64,000 nucleotides of DNA from Limnochordia bacterium (GCA_050951545.1 JBMNJG010000006.1:64001-128000), one strand, 5' to 3'; shown: positions 48,905 to 59,020, counted from the first letter of the stretch. Made by a program: numbers and translations. Notes: generated from the letters alone by a model not told the origin.

Positions 48905-49542
48905 CTCTAGGAGGAATAACGCCGCTCTCTTTGCAGGACTACCCTGGCCGCGCCGCCATAGTACTCTACACTCAGGGCTGTAACCTCAGGTGCCCGTGGT
49001 GTCATAACCCAGAACTGGTCCTTCCACACCGCTTTGGCTCACCGCTGCCGCGCAACGACGTTCTTCATCTGCTGCGCAGACGAAGGCGCTTTTTGCAGGC
49101 TGTGGTGATCTCCGGGGGTGAGCCCACCATGCACGCGGGTCTGGAGGTATTCACGAGAGAACTCAAGGAGCTGGGCTACACAGTCAAACTCGACAGTAAC
49201 GGCTGTCGCCCGCATGTGCTGGAGCAGCTTATGAAGCAGGAGCTCATCGACTACCTGGCACTCGACTATAAGCTCCCTCTGCCCATGTACCACATGCTGG
49301 GCCAGGACGTTCCGACAGAGCGTGTGGAAGCCAGCTTACGTCTGGCTCATACATGGCCACGAGATAAACGGATGATCCGCACGACAGTGGTGCCCCGGCT
49401 CCATACCTTCCGACTGCTGGCGGAGATGGAAGAGGAGCTACACCAACTGAGTGGCGGGGCTCCCCTTCACTGGGTAAAACAACCATTTCGTGCTGGTTCC
49501 TGTCTAGACAGAGCCTATAACGCCCTCACCGCCTCGGGATAG
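48901..49542 (+). CDS. nrdG: anaerobic ribonucleotide reductase activating enzyme (radical SAM)
   Basis: DYPG, GCNLRCPWCHN, SGGEPT, KLDSNG; GTGA overlap with nrdD. Confidence 0.95.
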   Translation: MTLGGITPLSLQDYPGRAAIVLYTQGCNLRCPWCHNPELVLPHRFGSPLPRNDVLHLLRRRRRFLQAVVISGGEPTMHAGLEVFTRELKELGYTVKLDSNGCRPHVLEQLMKQELIDYLALDYKLPLPMYHMLGQDVPTERVEASLRLAHTWPRDKRMIRTTVVPRLHTFRLLAEMEEELHQLSGGAPLHWVKQPFRAGSCLDRAYNALTASG

Positions 49543-49551
49543 TCGGCAAGG

Positions 49552-49587
49552 AGGTCACGGCCAATGCCCAATGGACAGCCGTGACCT
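49552..49587. terminator. bidirectional terminator hairpin, family B copy 2
   Basis: aggtcacggc...gccgtgacct. Confidence 0.72.
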
Positions 49588-49598
49588 TCTACTATCAT

Positions 49599-50945
49599 TC
49601 ATTTGTAGATGCGCCTTAGAGTCCAGCGCATGGAGGTCACCACGTCGTAGGTGACCGCTCCGTCAGTGGACTGCACTGCAGAGTTCCACTGGGCAAACCC
49701 ACTGAGAGTTGGCGCATCTGGGTCAAACGAAGGCCACTCACTGTGCGGAACAACATAAGCTAGTTGAAAGGCACGTATCACGGCCGAGTTCGGGTAGGGC
49801 TCCACTTCTGTCTCGCTATCATGAGAGCCGTCGCAATCGACCCATTTGCGTTGCTGCTTGCCCTCACCTGAGAAGCCAGTCTGTAGGGCCACACCTGTCG
49901 TGACGATGGCTGGCCACACAGAGTAGCTGGGTTGCCGAGGATCCACTCGCAGCTGAATGGGCACAACCCCTGACTCCTTGCCAAAACCGCTTCTCGTGGT
50001 GACCTCTTCGGCGGTAAAGGTCTGCTTAACGCCCTTGTCGCCGCACTCTGCCTGGTAGGTGATATCCACCTGTCGATCACAGTTGCCGTATACCTGAAAT
50101 GTATACTCGCCTGAACCAGAGCCTTCCGTGTTCAGTCGGATGTTGGTAATGCGCATCTTCGCGTCCCACATGTTGCCCTCAGTGACCTTCTCTTTCAGCC
50201 CATCGCTATACGTGTGGCTGGCCCTACCTATACCTGAGACAGCGCGATCGATGGTTATCTCACCCTCCCACTCCGTGGGAATGTGCCTCTCAATCCGAAC
50301 GGTAGCGAAAGCCTCGGTAGGCTGAAACAGTTCCTCACCCAAACCGACACCAAAAGTAGCCGGGTTTAGCGGAATACCCCGCTGCACCTTGGCCATGACT
50401 CGTACCTCACCCTCCTCCACCGTCTTCACTCCGCCCAAAGGCTGGTCGGCCAAGAGGTATAGGTGAGCCGTCGCCACGCCATTTCTGTCAGTGTAGTTCC
50501 ACCAGGTGGGTAGCATCCCTTCCCAGTCATCGCCGTGGAGTTCCGTGTACTTGATCAGGTTCTTAGGGAAGAACCAGCGCACCGGGACTCCTTCCACTGG
50601 ACCTGGTTCGGGTAGCCCAAAGCCCACTACGTCACGCACGTTTCCTGCCGGCAGTTCATTCTGCCAATCAAACAAGAACTGGACCTGCGTCTCCAGACGG
50701 ATGTGGCGACGTTCGTCAGCTTCCCCGGGATCATCTTTCATATGGACGGCCTGACCCTCATCGGGCACATACGTGACTTCAAGCTGCGCTTCATGCCCTA
50801 GCTGGGCCAACGCCCGATGGGCGATGGTCGCGCCATGCAGCAATCCCTTTCCTACAGTTGCCAGGGATGGCCCTTCGGCGAGAACCGTGGCTGAACAGCA
50901 CAAGAAGAGAACCGTGCCCGTCACCAGCAATGACCACCGCTTCAT
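49599..50945 (-). CDS. hypothetical secreted beta-rich protein
   Basis: 448-aa ORF, RBS aaggggga, signal peptide VLA-E; no family recognised. Confidence 0.75.
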   Translation of the reverse strand: MKRWSLLVTGTVLFLCCSATVLAEGPSLATVGKGLLHGATIAHRALAQLGHEAQLEVTYVPDEGQAVHMKDDPGEADERRHIRLETQVQFLFDWQNELPAGNVRDVVGFGLPEPGPVEGVPVRWFFPKNLIKYTELHGDDWEGMLPTWWNYTDRNGVATAHLYLLADQPLGGVKTVEEGEVRVMAKVQRGIPLNPATFGVGLGEELFQPTEAFATVRIERHIPTEWEGEITIDRAVSGIGRASHTYSDGLKEKVTEGNMWDAKMRITNIRLNTEGSGSGEYTFQVYGNCDRQVDITYQAECGDKGVKQTFTAEEVTTRSGFGKESGVVPIQLRVDPRQPSYSVWPAIVTTGVALQTGFSGEGKQQRKWVDCDGSHDSETEVEPYPNSAVIRAFQLAYVVPHSEWPSFDPDAPTLSGFAQWNSAVQSTDGAVTYDVVTSMRWTLRRIYK

Positions 50946-50947
50946 CG

Positions 50948-52234
50948 TCAGATTCCCCCCTTAGCCCGTACAGGATGGGCCATGTCGAGCAACTCAATAT
51001 GCAGAAGCAAGACCTGAACGGCGTCAAGGTAGATGCAGCTGGTCGTCTCGTCTGTACCGCCAGCCAAGATCCCTCTGCGCTCTTGCTTCCAGCTTTCATC
51101 CTCTGGCGGATCTTTCCAGATATGCTCCAGTACCTGCACTTCCCAGTCCGCAAAACGGTAATTGGCCTTGGCCTGCTCAATATTGAAGCCCATGGAGATC
51201 TCGTCATTGCCTATGTCGATGAGACCTGTCACCCCATGGTCTTCTGGTGTGAGACCTTCCCGAACCTGCGCCACATGCTCGGACAGCTCGTTCTGCCGAA
51301 AATCCACCTCCCGCTGGGCCAGCTCCCTCGTGATCTCATTCGCCTGGGACTGGATCTGCTGTCCGGTGGCTGGACCACCTCCTGACATCAGTGGACGCAT
51401 ATTGACCCCAGCAAAACCCTCCCCTATTGGATCGGACAGCTGCTCAGCGCCGTAGGGATCTTCCTCAGGCTCGCCTTCGTCCCCCATGAGCTGCATCAAC
51501 ACAGAGACGTCTCCTCGAGCCAAAGACCCCATCATCTGTTCGAGATTCCCGGCGGACTGCATGGCTCTGAACATCGATGCAACCTCCGCATCGCCCTCCT
51601 CCTCAGCCTGCCTAGCGATATCGCCAAACACCGAGGAGAGGCCTGACGCTGTGGCAGCAGCTCCATCGGAGGGTGTCGGTATCCCTGCACCACTGGCTGC
51701 GGTTGAGCACGTGGGGTCGACGGAGCCAAGCAAGCTAAACGGACGGTCAGTGCGCTGGCCTAAGTCATCAACCAAGCGAATCAGATAGCCCTGCCAGTCT
51801 TCTGGAGCCATCTCCGCTTGTTCGCGCATCTGACGCAGGATAGCCTCAATCGCCTGACCATCGCAGGGCTCATAGCCATCACACGTGGCACCCTCGCGGG
51901 CCCAATCCGCCGCCAGAGTATCCAGCGGTGTGAGAGTACCCCCTAGAAAAGCGCGACTTACCGCCCGCACTTCGACCTCATAGACGCACAGATCGGCACT
52001 CGTTCTCGGGTGTTGCCCTATGGACTGACCTGCCGCATTGCAGACGGGCACACCCAAGCTGTCCAAGAGTTCTACAATAACCTCCTGGACATCGGCAGAC
52101 ATCGCTGCCGCACGCAAGGCCCGTGAGAAGCGGCCCGCCTCGGTGGCTGGCGTCACTGGCGCTGCTCCAGCGCAGACTGTACCTATGACGAAAACAACCG
52201 CAGTGACCCAGCCAATCATTTGTCGACTCATCAT
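50948..52234 (-). CDS. hypothetical secreted acidic, helical protein
   Basis: ~428-aa ORF, signal peptide AGA-A, stop 2 bp before the next gene; no family recognised. Confidence 0.75.
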   Translation of the reverse strand: MMSRQMIGWVTAVVFVIGTVCAGAAPVTPATEAGRFSRALRAAAMSADVQEVIVELLDSLGVPVCNAAGQSIGQHPRTSADLCVYEVEVRAVSRAFLGGTLTPLDTLAADWAREGATCDGYEPCDGQAIEAILRQMREQAEMAPEDWQGYLIRLVDDLGQRTDRPFSLLGSVDPTCSTAASGAGIPTPSDGAAATASGLSSVFGDIARQAEEEGDAEVASMFRAMQSAGNLEQMMGSLARGDVSVLMQLMGDEGEPEEDPYGAEQLSDPIGEGFAGVNMRPLMSGGGPATGQQIQSQANEITRELAQREVDFRQNELSEHVAQVREGLTPEDHGVTGLIDIGNDEISMGFNIEQAKANYRFADWEVQVLEHIWKDPPEDESWKQERRGILAGGTDETTSCIYLDAVQVLLLHIELLDMAHPVRAKGGI

Positions 52235-52274
52235 GACCACCCCCATGTTCCTTCATGTTGTTCTGTAGACAGGA

Positions 52275-52300
52275 CACGGCTGCCGCTAGGGACAGCCGTG
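52275..52300 (-). terminator. hairpin, family B copy 3
   Basis: cacggctg...cagccgtg downstream of lyase paralogue 3. Confidence 0.55.
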
Positions 52301-52329
52301 ATCTCTGCTTTCCTCGTATGCTTGCCGCG

Positions 52330-55300
52330 CTAGTGCAGCCGCAGCCGCAGACTCCCTGCGGCTACAGCCTCTGCAGACAGCGTGATCTGCACCCCCTGAC
52401 CTGTCATTGTATAGGTCACTGCGTGCCACCCTGCCTCTGTGGAAGGTAGCTCCTCAGCGTCGGGACACCAGCCCAGGCGCTCCGGAATCACTTCGGATGC
52501 CGGCACAGTAAGCCGTAGGGGGGCCGTAGCCAACACGCGCCACATGCCATCTGTCTGTCGCTCCAGATAGCCCGTGTGCATGACTTGCCAGCTCTTGCCA
52601 CCTGCAAAGGGGAACCCGCCCAGGCCGTCCTGGGTAGTGACCCGGGTCGTCTCGCCCTCAATCTCCACCTTGCGAACCGGATAGGCGGTCTGCATGCGCC
52701 CGTCATCGATGAAGATCTCGCGTCCTTCCAGACCAACCAGCTCAGGGAAAGCCCCCTCAATCAGGAAGCCATCAGATTCGCTCTTGGCAATCGTACCTTG
52801 AAGTGCATCGCCCGAGGCGAGCAACTGCAAGCCGTACTCCCCGATGCTGATACTGCGACCACCGATGACACCGAGAATGTCCAATCCTGATGGCTGCACA
52901 GAGGCGACGCCCGCTAGGCCTTGGAAGGCCAGCTCGCCGTGCCGAGTCACTGCGGTCACCGCCTGCGGAACGATCCCATGTAGCAGGTAATCCGTATGGG
53001 CGCCAGCTTCGACCTCCACGGCCACGGTGCCAGTGGCCCCGCTCACCTGCTCGCCGTCGAGCGTCAGCCTGCGCGCATTCTGTACCAGTGGTTCCTTTCC
53101 ATAGCCCTCATAAAGACTCAGGTAACGACTCTCGAGCACATCGTCATCGCCCTGTGTATGTCGCCGAATGACGAACGGCAAGGTGGTATAAGGATCCTTC
53201 GTAGCCCGCTGTCCCCACCCATCCGCGATCAGTGTCTTCTCACCAGCGGCATCGAGGGCCAGGGTCTGCAGCCAACCACTGCCGGTGCGCCAGCGCAAGC
53301 GCCAATCGGCAGCCTGCCCCCCACGTACGTCGGTAAGCTGGTAGCGGGCCAGCGACGTATCGTCCGGCTGAAGCTCGATCCCGTCGGCCTCAAATCTCTT
53401 GCCAGGCCCATGGAAGACCAGATCGTGCTGCCCGCCGCCTTGCACGCGGAAGACATCGAAAAGATAGCTGTTCTCTCCCGGATGCTCTACCTGAGCCACA
53501 AAGCGGCGATACATCGAGGTCTTCGCATAGGCGTCTGAGGCCCCTTCCGTTACCTTGAAGCGCCCTAACGGATGGAAAAGCTGCACGTTGCCCCCACGGC
53601 CCCGTGTGCGCTGATCACTCTCATCGACCACCACCAGATTATGAGCTACCGAACGACGGGTCATAGCCGCTTGTGGGCTATCCCACAGGTACCCGAGGTC
53701 AGAAAGCAGCTCCTGGCCGCCCTTCCAATAATACAGATCCAGACTGTCGTAGTGATGGTGACCTCCCCAGTCAGAGATGTTAAGAATCGCCGCCGCATCC
53801 TTGCCGTCGCGGCCTGCCCGCAGATAGGCCAGGCGCCAATCCGGAAAGAGCACATCCGGGAACTGAAGCGACGGTGCACTTCCCAGATCAAACGACGCAT
53901 CGCGGTACATCATGAGCAAGAAGAGGTTGCCCAGGCGCATGCGCAGTAGTGCCTTGAACTCCGGCACCTCGAAGCGCATTGCCATCAACATCACCATGAT
54001 GTCTGAGAGCGTACTCGTTGTGTACGAGTCAGCGATGGGTGGGTAGCGCAGACTTGGAAGCAGGCTGGCGTACATGCTCTGCCACACCGCTTGGTACTTC
54101 GCATCGCGATAGATGTCCAAGTTGTCGAACCGCTTGCCGTCGGGGTCTGTATAGCCCGGTGGATCGCTGTAGCCGTACAGGATCTCCCCCAGCTGCCAGA
54201 ACGAGTTCAGGACCATCAGGCCATAGGCCGGACTCTCAGATGGCGCGCCATCCGACAGAAACCAATCATCCAGTGTGCGGCGCAGGCCATCTAACCCCCA
54301 GCGGACTAAGAGCGGGTCTCCCACCACCGCACCGATGGCAGCAAGCGCCGTTCGCGCCGAGATAGTCTTGTTGTTGATCTGGTTGTCAGCCAGCAGAAGC
54401 TTGGTGCCCTCCATGAGCAAGTCTCGCTCAATGAGCAGGCGCTCTTCTTCGCTGAAGAGCTGATGTCCGTCCTCGTCCAGCGCATCGGCTACCATGTCGT
54501 AGGCCACTGTCACTGGCAAGAGGAAGGTACCCTCCATACCAGATGCTGTAGCCCGGCCCGCAGCCCAGTAACCAGCGTGCAGCTGTCGGTTCGGACGGTT
54601 TGGGGGAATGACCAGCTCATCGACTGGCAGATCTGTGATGTTCTCCGCAGCGACCAGAGCATCGATGTCCGCAAACTCGTGGTATCCCGAGTGTACCAGA
54701 TAACCCGGATAGACCTCTGCGAAGCGAGTGAGAATTGCCTTGGCCTGCTGTGCGTAGGCCACCTCGCCCGTCAGGGCATAGAGCAAGCCCAGATCCTCCA
54801 CCCGGGCCGCCATGTAGTTCACCTTGCGTACTCGAATGTGTCCTGTGAACGAAGAGGCCAGCGGAAAGCTGTTGAACACCCAGTTCTTGCTGCGATGGTA
54901 TGTGAAACGCTGCTCTTTGCCTTTCGAGGTAGCCACGATGACGATGTCCTCAGGAAAATCATCATTGGGAAACTGTCGACCACTCGAACGCTCGACGATC
55001 ACATCGGGTGCGTACGGCGACCAGTCCCAGTCACCGTGAGGAAATCCCCTGTCGGAAAGAGGTGAAGGAGTGAAGGCAGTCGTGGCTGGCGTGGTTTCCG
55101 GAATCATGTGGGCGATCTGCTCCGGGGTGTAGCTCATCACCAGCATCACGTTGTTCTTCAGTGAGGAGAGCGATTGACTAGCGAAGCTGTTTTGAGCGAA
55201 ATTCCTCTTAGCATTCTCCAGAAAAGAGCGCTTGTACAGACTGGCTGGCCGCTCTACCTGGCTGCGCCACTCTGCCCAACGCGAGAGGCTAAACGGCACG

Positions 55301-56100
55301 GCATAGGGCTCCTTCGGTGCGGCCGCGAGCGTCTCGCCCCTCGCCAAAGCCTGCTCCCGGCGAACAGCATCCAACTGCGTCACCTTCTCCTTGGTGTCCG
55401 TGTCACCGTAGACTAACGGCATCCAAACAGCTCGGTCTAGCTCTTCCCCTAGGAAACCCTCAGCCAACAGCACTCTCCCATCGACCGTGACCCGGACGTC
55501 CTTGATCTGAGTCGTTCCCCATCCGCCCAGATCAGAGTGCCAGTTCGCCAAGTAGGGCAGTGTGCCTGGCCCCCCCTTGCCTACCAGCAGCCAGGGCAGC
55601 CCTTGCCCGGGACGGGGCACAGAGGTGAGGAAGTGCCACGTCTCCATGTCATGAGAGGCAAATACCTCTACCATGCCACCCTTCCAGACCAGCCGCAGAC
55701 CGTTCCACGCGTTGGCCTGTGGACGAAACTGGAAGTCATGCTCGCGCACCCAGCTGTCCTCCACATAACCCTCCATGCGAAAGATGCTGCCTGCGATACG
55801 AATAGCGATCCACTTCGTGGCGTCCCAGTACAGGTAGATGCCAGGGGCCCACGAGGCACCCACTCCCCCCTGCACTCGCATCTGCAACTCTGCCACCAGT
55901 TCCTGCTCGGGTTCCTTCTCGAGAGCCAACGAGTGTACGCCAAGTGCGTAGGTGTTGGCATGGCTGTCTATCTGCAGAATCCCGTCGTGAATCAACAACT
56001 GTGAAGCACCTTGTGCCGCGACCTCATGCAGACTCAATACGAGGAATGAAAGCACGACCAGCACACCTAACGACCAGCGCCACGCTACTCCACGCCTCAT
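52330..56100 (-). CDS. secreted heparinase II/III-like polysaccharide lyase, paralogue 3
   Basis: Start MRRGVAWRW with ATGA overlap to the GH78 stop; same motifs as paralogues 1 and 2 (ESPAY, GGHHHYD, AHNLVVVD). Confidence 0.9.
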   Translation of the reverse strand: MRRGVAWRWSLGVLVVLSFLVLSLHEVAAQGASQLLIHDGILQIDSHANTYALGVHSLALEKEPEQELVAELQMRVQGGVGASWAPGIYLYWDATKWIAIRIAGSIFRMEGYVEDSWVREHDFQFRPQANAWNGLRLVWKGGMVEVFASHDMETWHFLTSVPRPGQGLPWLLVGKGGPGTLPYLANWHSDLGGWGTTQIKDVRVTVDGRVLLAEGFLGEELDRAVWMPLVYGDTDTKEKVTQLDAVRREQALARGETLAAAPKEPYAVPFSLSRWAEWRSQVERPASLYKRSFLENAKRNFAQNSFASQSLSSLKNNVMLVMSYTPEQIAHMIPETTPATTAFTPSPLSDRGFPHGDWDWSPYAPDVIVERSSGRQFPNDDFPEDIVIVATSKGKEQRFTYHRSKNWVFNSFPLASSFTGHIRVRKVNYMAARVEDLGLLYALTGEVAYAQQAKAILTRFAEVYPGYLVHSGYHEFADIDALVAAENITDLPVDELVIPPNRPNRQLHAGYWAAGRATASGMEGTFLLPVTVAYDMVADALDEDGHQLFSEEERLLIERDLLMEGTKLLLADNQINNKTISARTALAAIGAVVGDPLLVRWGLDGLRRTLDDWFLSDGAPSESPAYGLMVLNSFWQLGEILYGYSDPPGYTDPDGKRFDNLDIYRDAKYQAVWQSMYASLLPSLRYPPIADSYTTSTLSDIMVMLMAMRFEVPEFKALLRMRLGNLFLLMMYRDASFDLGSAPSLQFPDVLFPDWRLAYLRAGRDGKDAAAILNISDWGGHHHYDSLDLYYWKGGQELLSDLGYLWDSPQAAMTRRSVAHNLVVVDESDQRTRGRGGNVQLFHPLGRFKVTEGASDAYAKTSMYRRFVAQVEHPGENSYLFDVFRVQGGGQHDLVFHGPGKRFEADGIELQPDDTSLARYQLTDVRGGQAADWRLRWRTGSGWLQTLALDAAGEKTLIADGWGQRATKDPYTTLPFVIRRHTQGDDDVLESRYLSLYEGYGKEPLVQNARRLTLDGEQVSGATGTVAVEVEAGAHTDYLLHGIVPQAVTAVTRHGELAFQGLAGVASVQPSGLDILGVIGGRSISIGEYGLQLLASGDALQGTIAKSESDGFLIEGAFPELVGLEGREIFIDDGRMQTAYPVRKVEIEGETTRVTTQDGLGGFPFAGGKSWQVMHTGYLERQTDGMWRVLATAPLRLTVPASEVIPERLGWCPDAEELPSTEAGWHAVTYTMTGQGVQITLSAEAVAAGSLRLRLH

Positions 56101-58784
56101 GGTGTTCCGAGCCCCCTTCTTCGTGATCGAACACTCATCTCGCATACATGCCAACCCGCTGGCACGTCATCCAGCACCGCCCAGCCGTCACAGAACACGG
56201 CCGAGCACCTGTGCCCGTCTAAGCGAAGTCGGACTCCTTTGTTCTTCGGTATCGGTAGCCAGACCTGCCCTGACGTGCCACTCGGCAGAAATACTTCCAG
56301 GCGAAAGCTAGCTCGTGGATCCTGTGAAAAGGCGACCTCCACAGGTCCACGCAGCGTCGGCACCCGGATCCTTCCCCAGGCCAACCGCCCCACCTGCGGC
56401 CTGATCCGTACGTACTCAAACCCAGGCGTCAGCGGCGTCACCCCCATCAGCCGACTTCCGATGATATAGCCCGTAAAAGCACCCGCCGGATGGAAGAGAC
56501 TCGTATTCCATTTCTGGTCGAGGTCCCAAGCCTCCCAGGTGGTGGTGGCCCCCTGGCGCACCATCTGCAGCGGACTCTCCGGACTGGGGTCCAGCAGCAG
56601 GGCGTGCGCGTACTCAGCTGCTCCGCTATCGTAGAGGGCCTCAAAGAGGAACTGCGCCAGAAAGAGGTTGCAGCTCAATCCTCTCGTCTTGATGAACTCT
56701 ACAACGGGACAACGGCGCTCGATTGGTACGAGACCCATGGCCACGGGAAAGACATTGGCATGCAACGATGAGTGCTCAGAGGCGGCGCCGTCTTCACCCA
56801 AGCCATCGACGTAACGTTTCTGCTGAGCATCCCACAAACGGCTGTTGATCACCTCAGCCAGAAGGGTCGCTCTTGTGCTGTAGGCGACAGCTTCCTCCGT
56901 CTTCTCCGACACCTGAGCAATCTTCCCCATCAGCACCAGTACCCGGTAGTAGACTGCGTTAACGACAATGTTGACGTGCAGCATCTCATGACCATCGCGC
57001 CGATTCTGCGGCCAGTCGACGAGATCGCGAAGCACCGCGTCGGTCCCGGCAAGCAGTCCTTCGGTGGTGCCGAAATTCGTCCGCAGGTAGTGCTCGATGC
57101 GCGCCAAGGCAGCGTAGTTGCGTACCAGAAAGTCCACATCGCCACTGTAGGTGTAGTACAACCAGGCCATCAGCACCGGGTACATCGTATACTCCGTGAA
57201 GAAATGATCTTTCGCGGCCGGAGCCAAACAGCGTACCTGGCCGTCCTCAGCTGACTGCAAGAGGTACTCGATCATGCGCCGCCCCAGGTTCCACTCCCCT
57301 GCCTGGTAGAAAGCGGCCGACATCTCCAACAGCGTGTCCAACGAGTAGTTGGCCTTCTCCCGAGTCGGACAGTCCATATAGACCTCTTGGGTGCCGACTT
57401 TGGTCGTGTACTTGCCCAGCTGCCACAGTGCATTCAGTCGAGGGTCGGCACAGGCGAAATCACTGGCCTCATCTGCGAAGGGGTAATGGCGGACGACTGC
57501 CGAGACTGTCACGCTGTCCATGATCCAGGAGTCGTCCTCTATATCCAGCCCGCTTCTGATCTCACCGTAGCGGAAAGCGCGGTAATCATAATGCTCGAGA
57601 GTCTGCCACCCGTCAGTGAGTGTCCACGTCTCTTGGTAGTCGCAGTTGCAGCGCATTTCATGGCGAACTCTCTGCGGAGCCACTAACTCCTCGCCCAAGA
57701 GAACCCTCAGCGGCATGCCGAACCAACCCCGCACACGCACACGCAAGGTGCCTGCTAGCTCTCGACCAAAGTCAAAGAAATACCCCCCAGCCTCAGTGCG
57801 ACTTACCGTCTGGGGAGCGACCTCATATACCACCAGCGGATCGGTTTCCTGTGCATGCAAGCGCCACGTGGGCTCGTCAACGACCGCGGCGGTCGTCCAG
57901 GCCCCATCATCATAGTCGACTGCAGTCCATTCCAGAATCAGCCCCCGAGCATCAATGTTCTCGGTAAAGCCCGTCCGGTAGCCCAGTGTGTGACCCGCCT
58001 GATAGGCCTTGAGCTGCAGCAGACGCCAACTCTCGTCGCTACCCAGACGCCACGTGCTGCCATCAACGAAACGGACCAGGAGCTCAAAGATGAACCCTGC
58101 ACGGCCGTCGCCACTGACCCAGACGTAGTTGCTCAAGTCTTGGTAGTAGGCATGGGCAGCGAGGCACATCGCCTGCCCGGGCCGCCAGTAATCGGTCAAG
58201 TCAAAGCCATTGTAGTTATACTCACGATCCGGATAGCTGGGGCCCGGCCCCTGCCCCACAAAGCAACCATTCACATAGAATTTGTAGTAATCATCTGCCG
58301 AGACGAAAGCATAGACCTCCTGCACTGCCTTGGAAGGTGCCCGAAACTGTCGGCGCAAAAGCACATGCTGGTTGGCCGTCACCTCGGGCGCCCAGATCCA
58401 CTGGGCCTGCCACTCGTCCCACAGCCCACACACAAAGCTCGCTGGCGAGGAGTAGTCTGAGACGAATCCGCCATCACCCCAGATGCGGACGCGCCAGTAA
58501 TAGCACCCTGCCGCCTGTAGGGGCTGCCCACCGTAGGCCACATGCAGAGTCTCGCCTGATTCCGCACGGCCACTGTCCCAGATGTCCGGCTGGTCTGCCA
58601 CCAAGGCTTCGAGCGTAGAGGCCACCTGAATCTGGTACGCCTCTTGACGCCTGCACGCTGGCCGTTGAGGCAGCTGCCACGAAAAAAGCGGTCGCTTTCG
58701 CTCCACCCCGATGGGGTTTTGACGCATTTCACACAGAAGCCCTGAAGGAATCGCCAGGCCTCCTTTGTGCTGCCTACAGATCAC
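56097..58784 (-). CDS. GH78 alpha-L-rhamnosidase-family glycoside hydrolase
   Basis: NPIGV..P.FSW, WDSG, YYWRVR.W, FDFGRE, FRY.E, DCPTREK, DW, GATTTWEAW, SLFHP; start uncertain (GTG 58784 has aagggg RBS). Confidence 0.92.
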   Translation of the reverse strand: MICRQHKGGLAIPSGLLCEMRQNPIGVERKRPLFSWQLPQRPACRRQEAYQIQVASTLEALVADQPDIWDSGRAESGETLHVAYGGQPLQAAGCYYWRVRIWGDGGFVSDYSSPASFVCGLWDEWQAQWIWAPEVTANQHVLLRRQFRAPSKAVQEVYAFVSADDYYKFYVNGCFVGQGPGPSYPDREYNYNGFDLTDYWRPGQAMCLAAHAYYQDLSNYVWVSGDGRAGFIFELLVRFVDGSTWRLGSDESWRLLQLKAYQAGHTLGYRTGFTENIDARGLILEWTAVDYDDGAWTTAAVVDEPTWRLHAQETDPLVVYEVAPQTVSRTEAGGYFFDFGRELAGTLRVRVRGWFGMPLRVLLGEELVAPQRVRHEMRCNCDYQETWTLTDGWQTLEHYDYRAFRYGEIRSGLDIEDDSWIMDSVTVSAVVRHYPFADEASDFACADPRLNALWQLGKYTTKVGTQEVYMDCPTREKANYSLDTLLEMSAAFYQAGEWNLGRRMIEYLLQSAEDGQVRCLAPAAKDHFFTEYTMYPVLMAWLYYTYSGDVDFLVRNYAALARIEHYLRTNFGTTEGLLAGTDAVLRDLVDWPQNRRDGHEMLHVNIVVNAVYYRVLVLMGKIAQVSEKTEEAVAYSTRATLLAEVINSRLWDAQQKRYVDGLGEDGAASEHSSLHANVFPVAMGLVPIERRCPVVEFIKTRGLSCNLFLAQFLFEALYDSGAAEYAHALLLDPSPESPLQMVRQGATTTWEAWDLDQKWNTSLFHPAGAFTGYIIGSRLMGVTPLTPGFEYVRIRPQVGRLAWGRIRVPTLRGPVEVAFSQDPRASFRLEVFLPSGTSGQVWLPIPKNKGVRLRLDGHRCSAVFCDGWAVLDDVPAGWHVCEMSVRSRRRGLGTP

Positions 58785-59020
58785 ACCTAGACCCCCTTGG
58801 TCAATACTGCCAAGCACGAATCCTGGCTCTCCATTCCACACAGGCGGTACGAGGCCTTCCATTTAGTGGAGTCTTCGCCCTTTCGGCATCGTTAGTGAAA
58901 CAGCGCGGGGTCCTGAATAGTATGTCGCTCGGTGGAAGGTAACGAATGAGCGCGGCCGAAGTACGCGATTCACCCAAGAGTGTGAGGGCGCAACGATGTT
59001 AGGGAGAGAGTGAGCAGACC

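Noticed and set aside
9756-52300. Integron attC cassette array
   Set aside because: Hairpins lack proper RYYYAAC/GTTRRRY core pairs, genes lie on both strands with their own promoters, and no integrase is present
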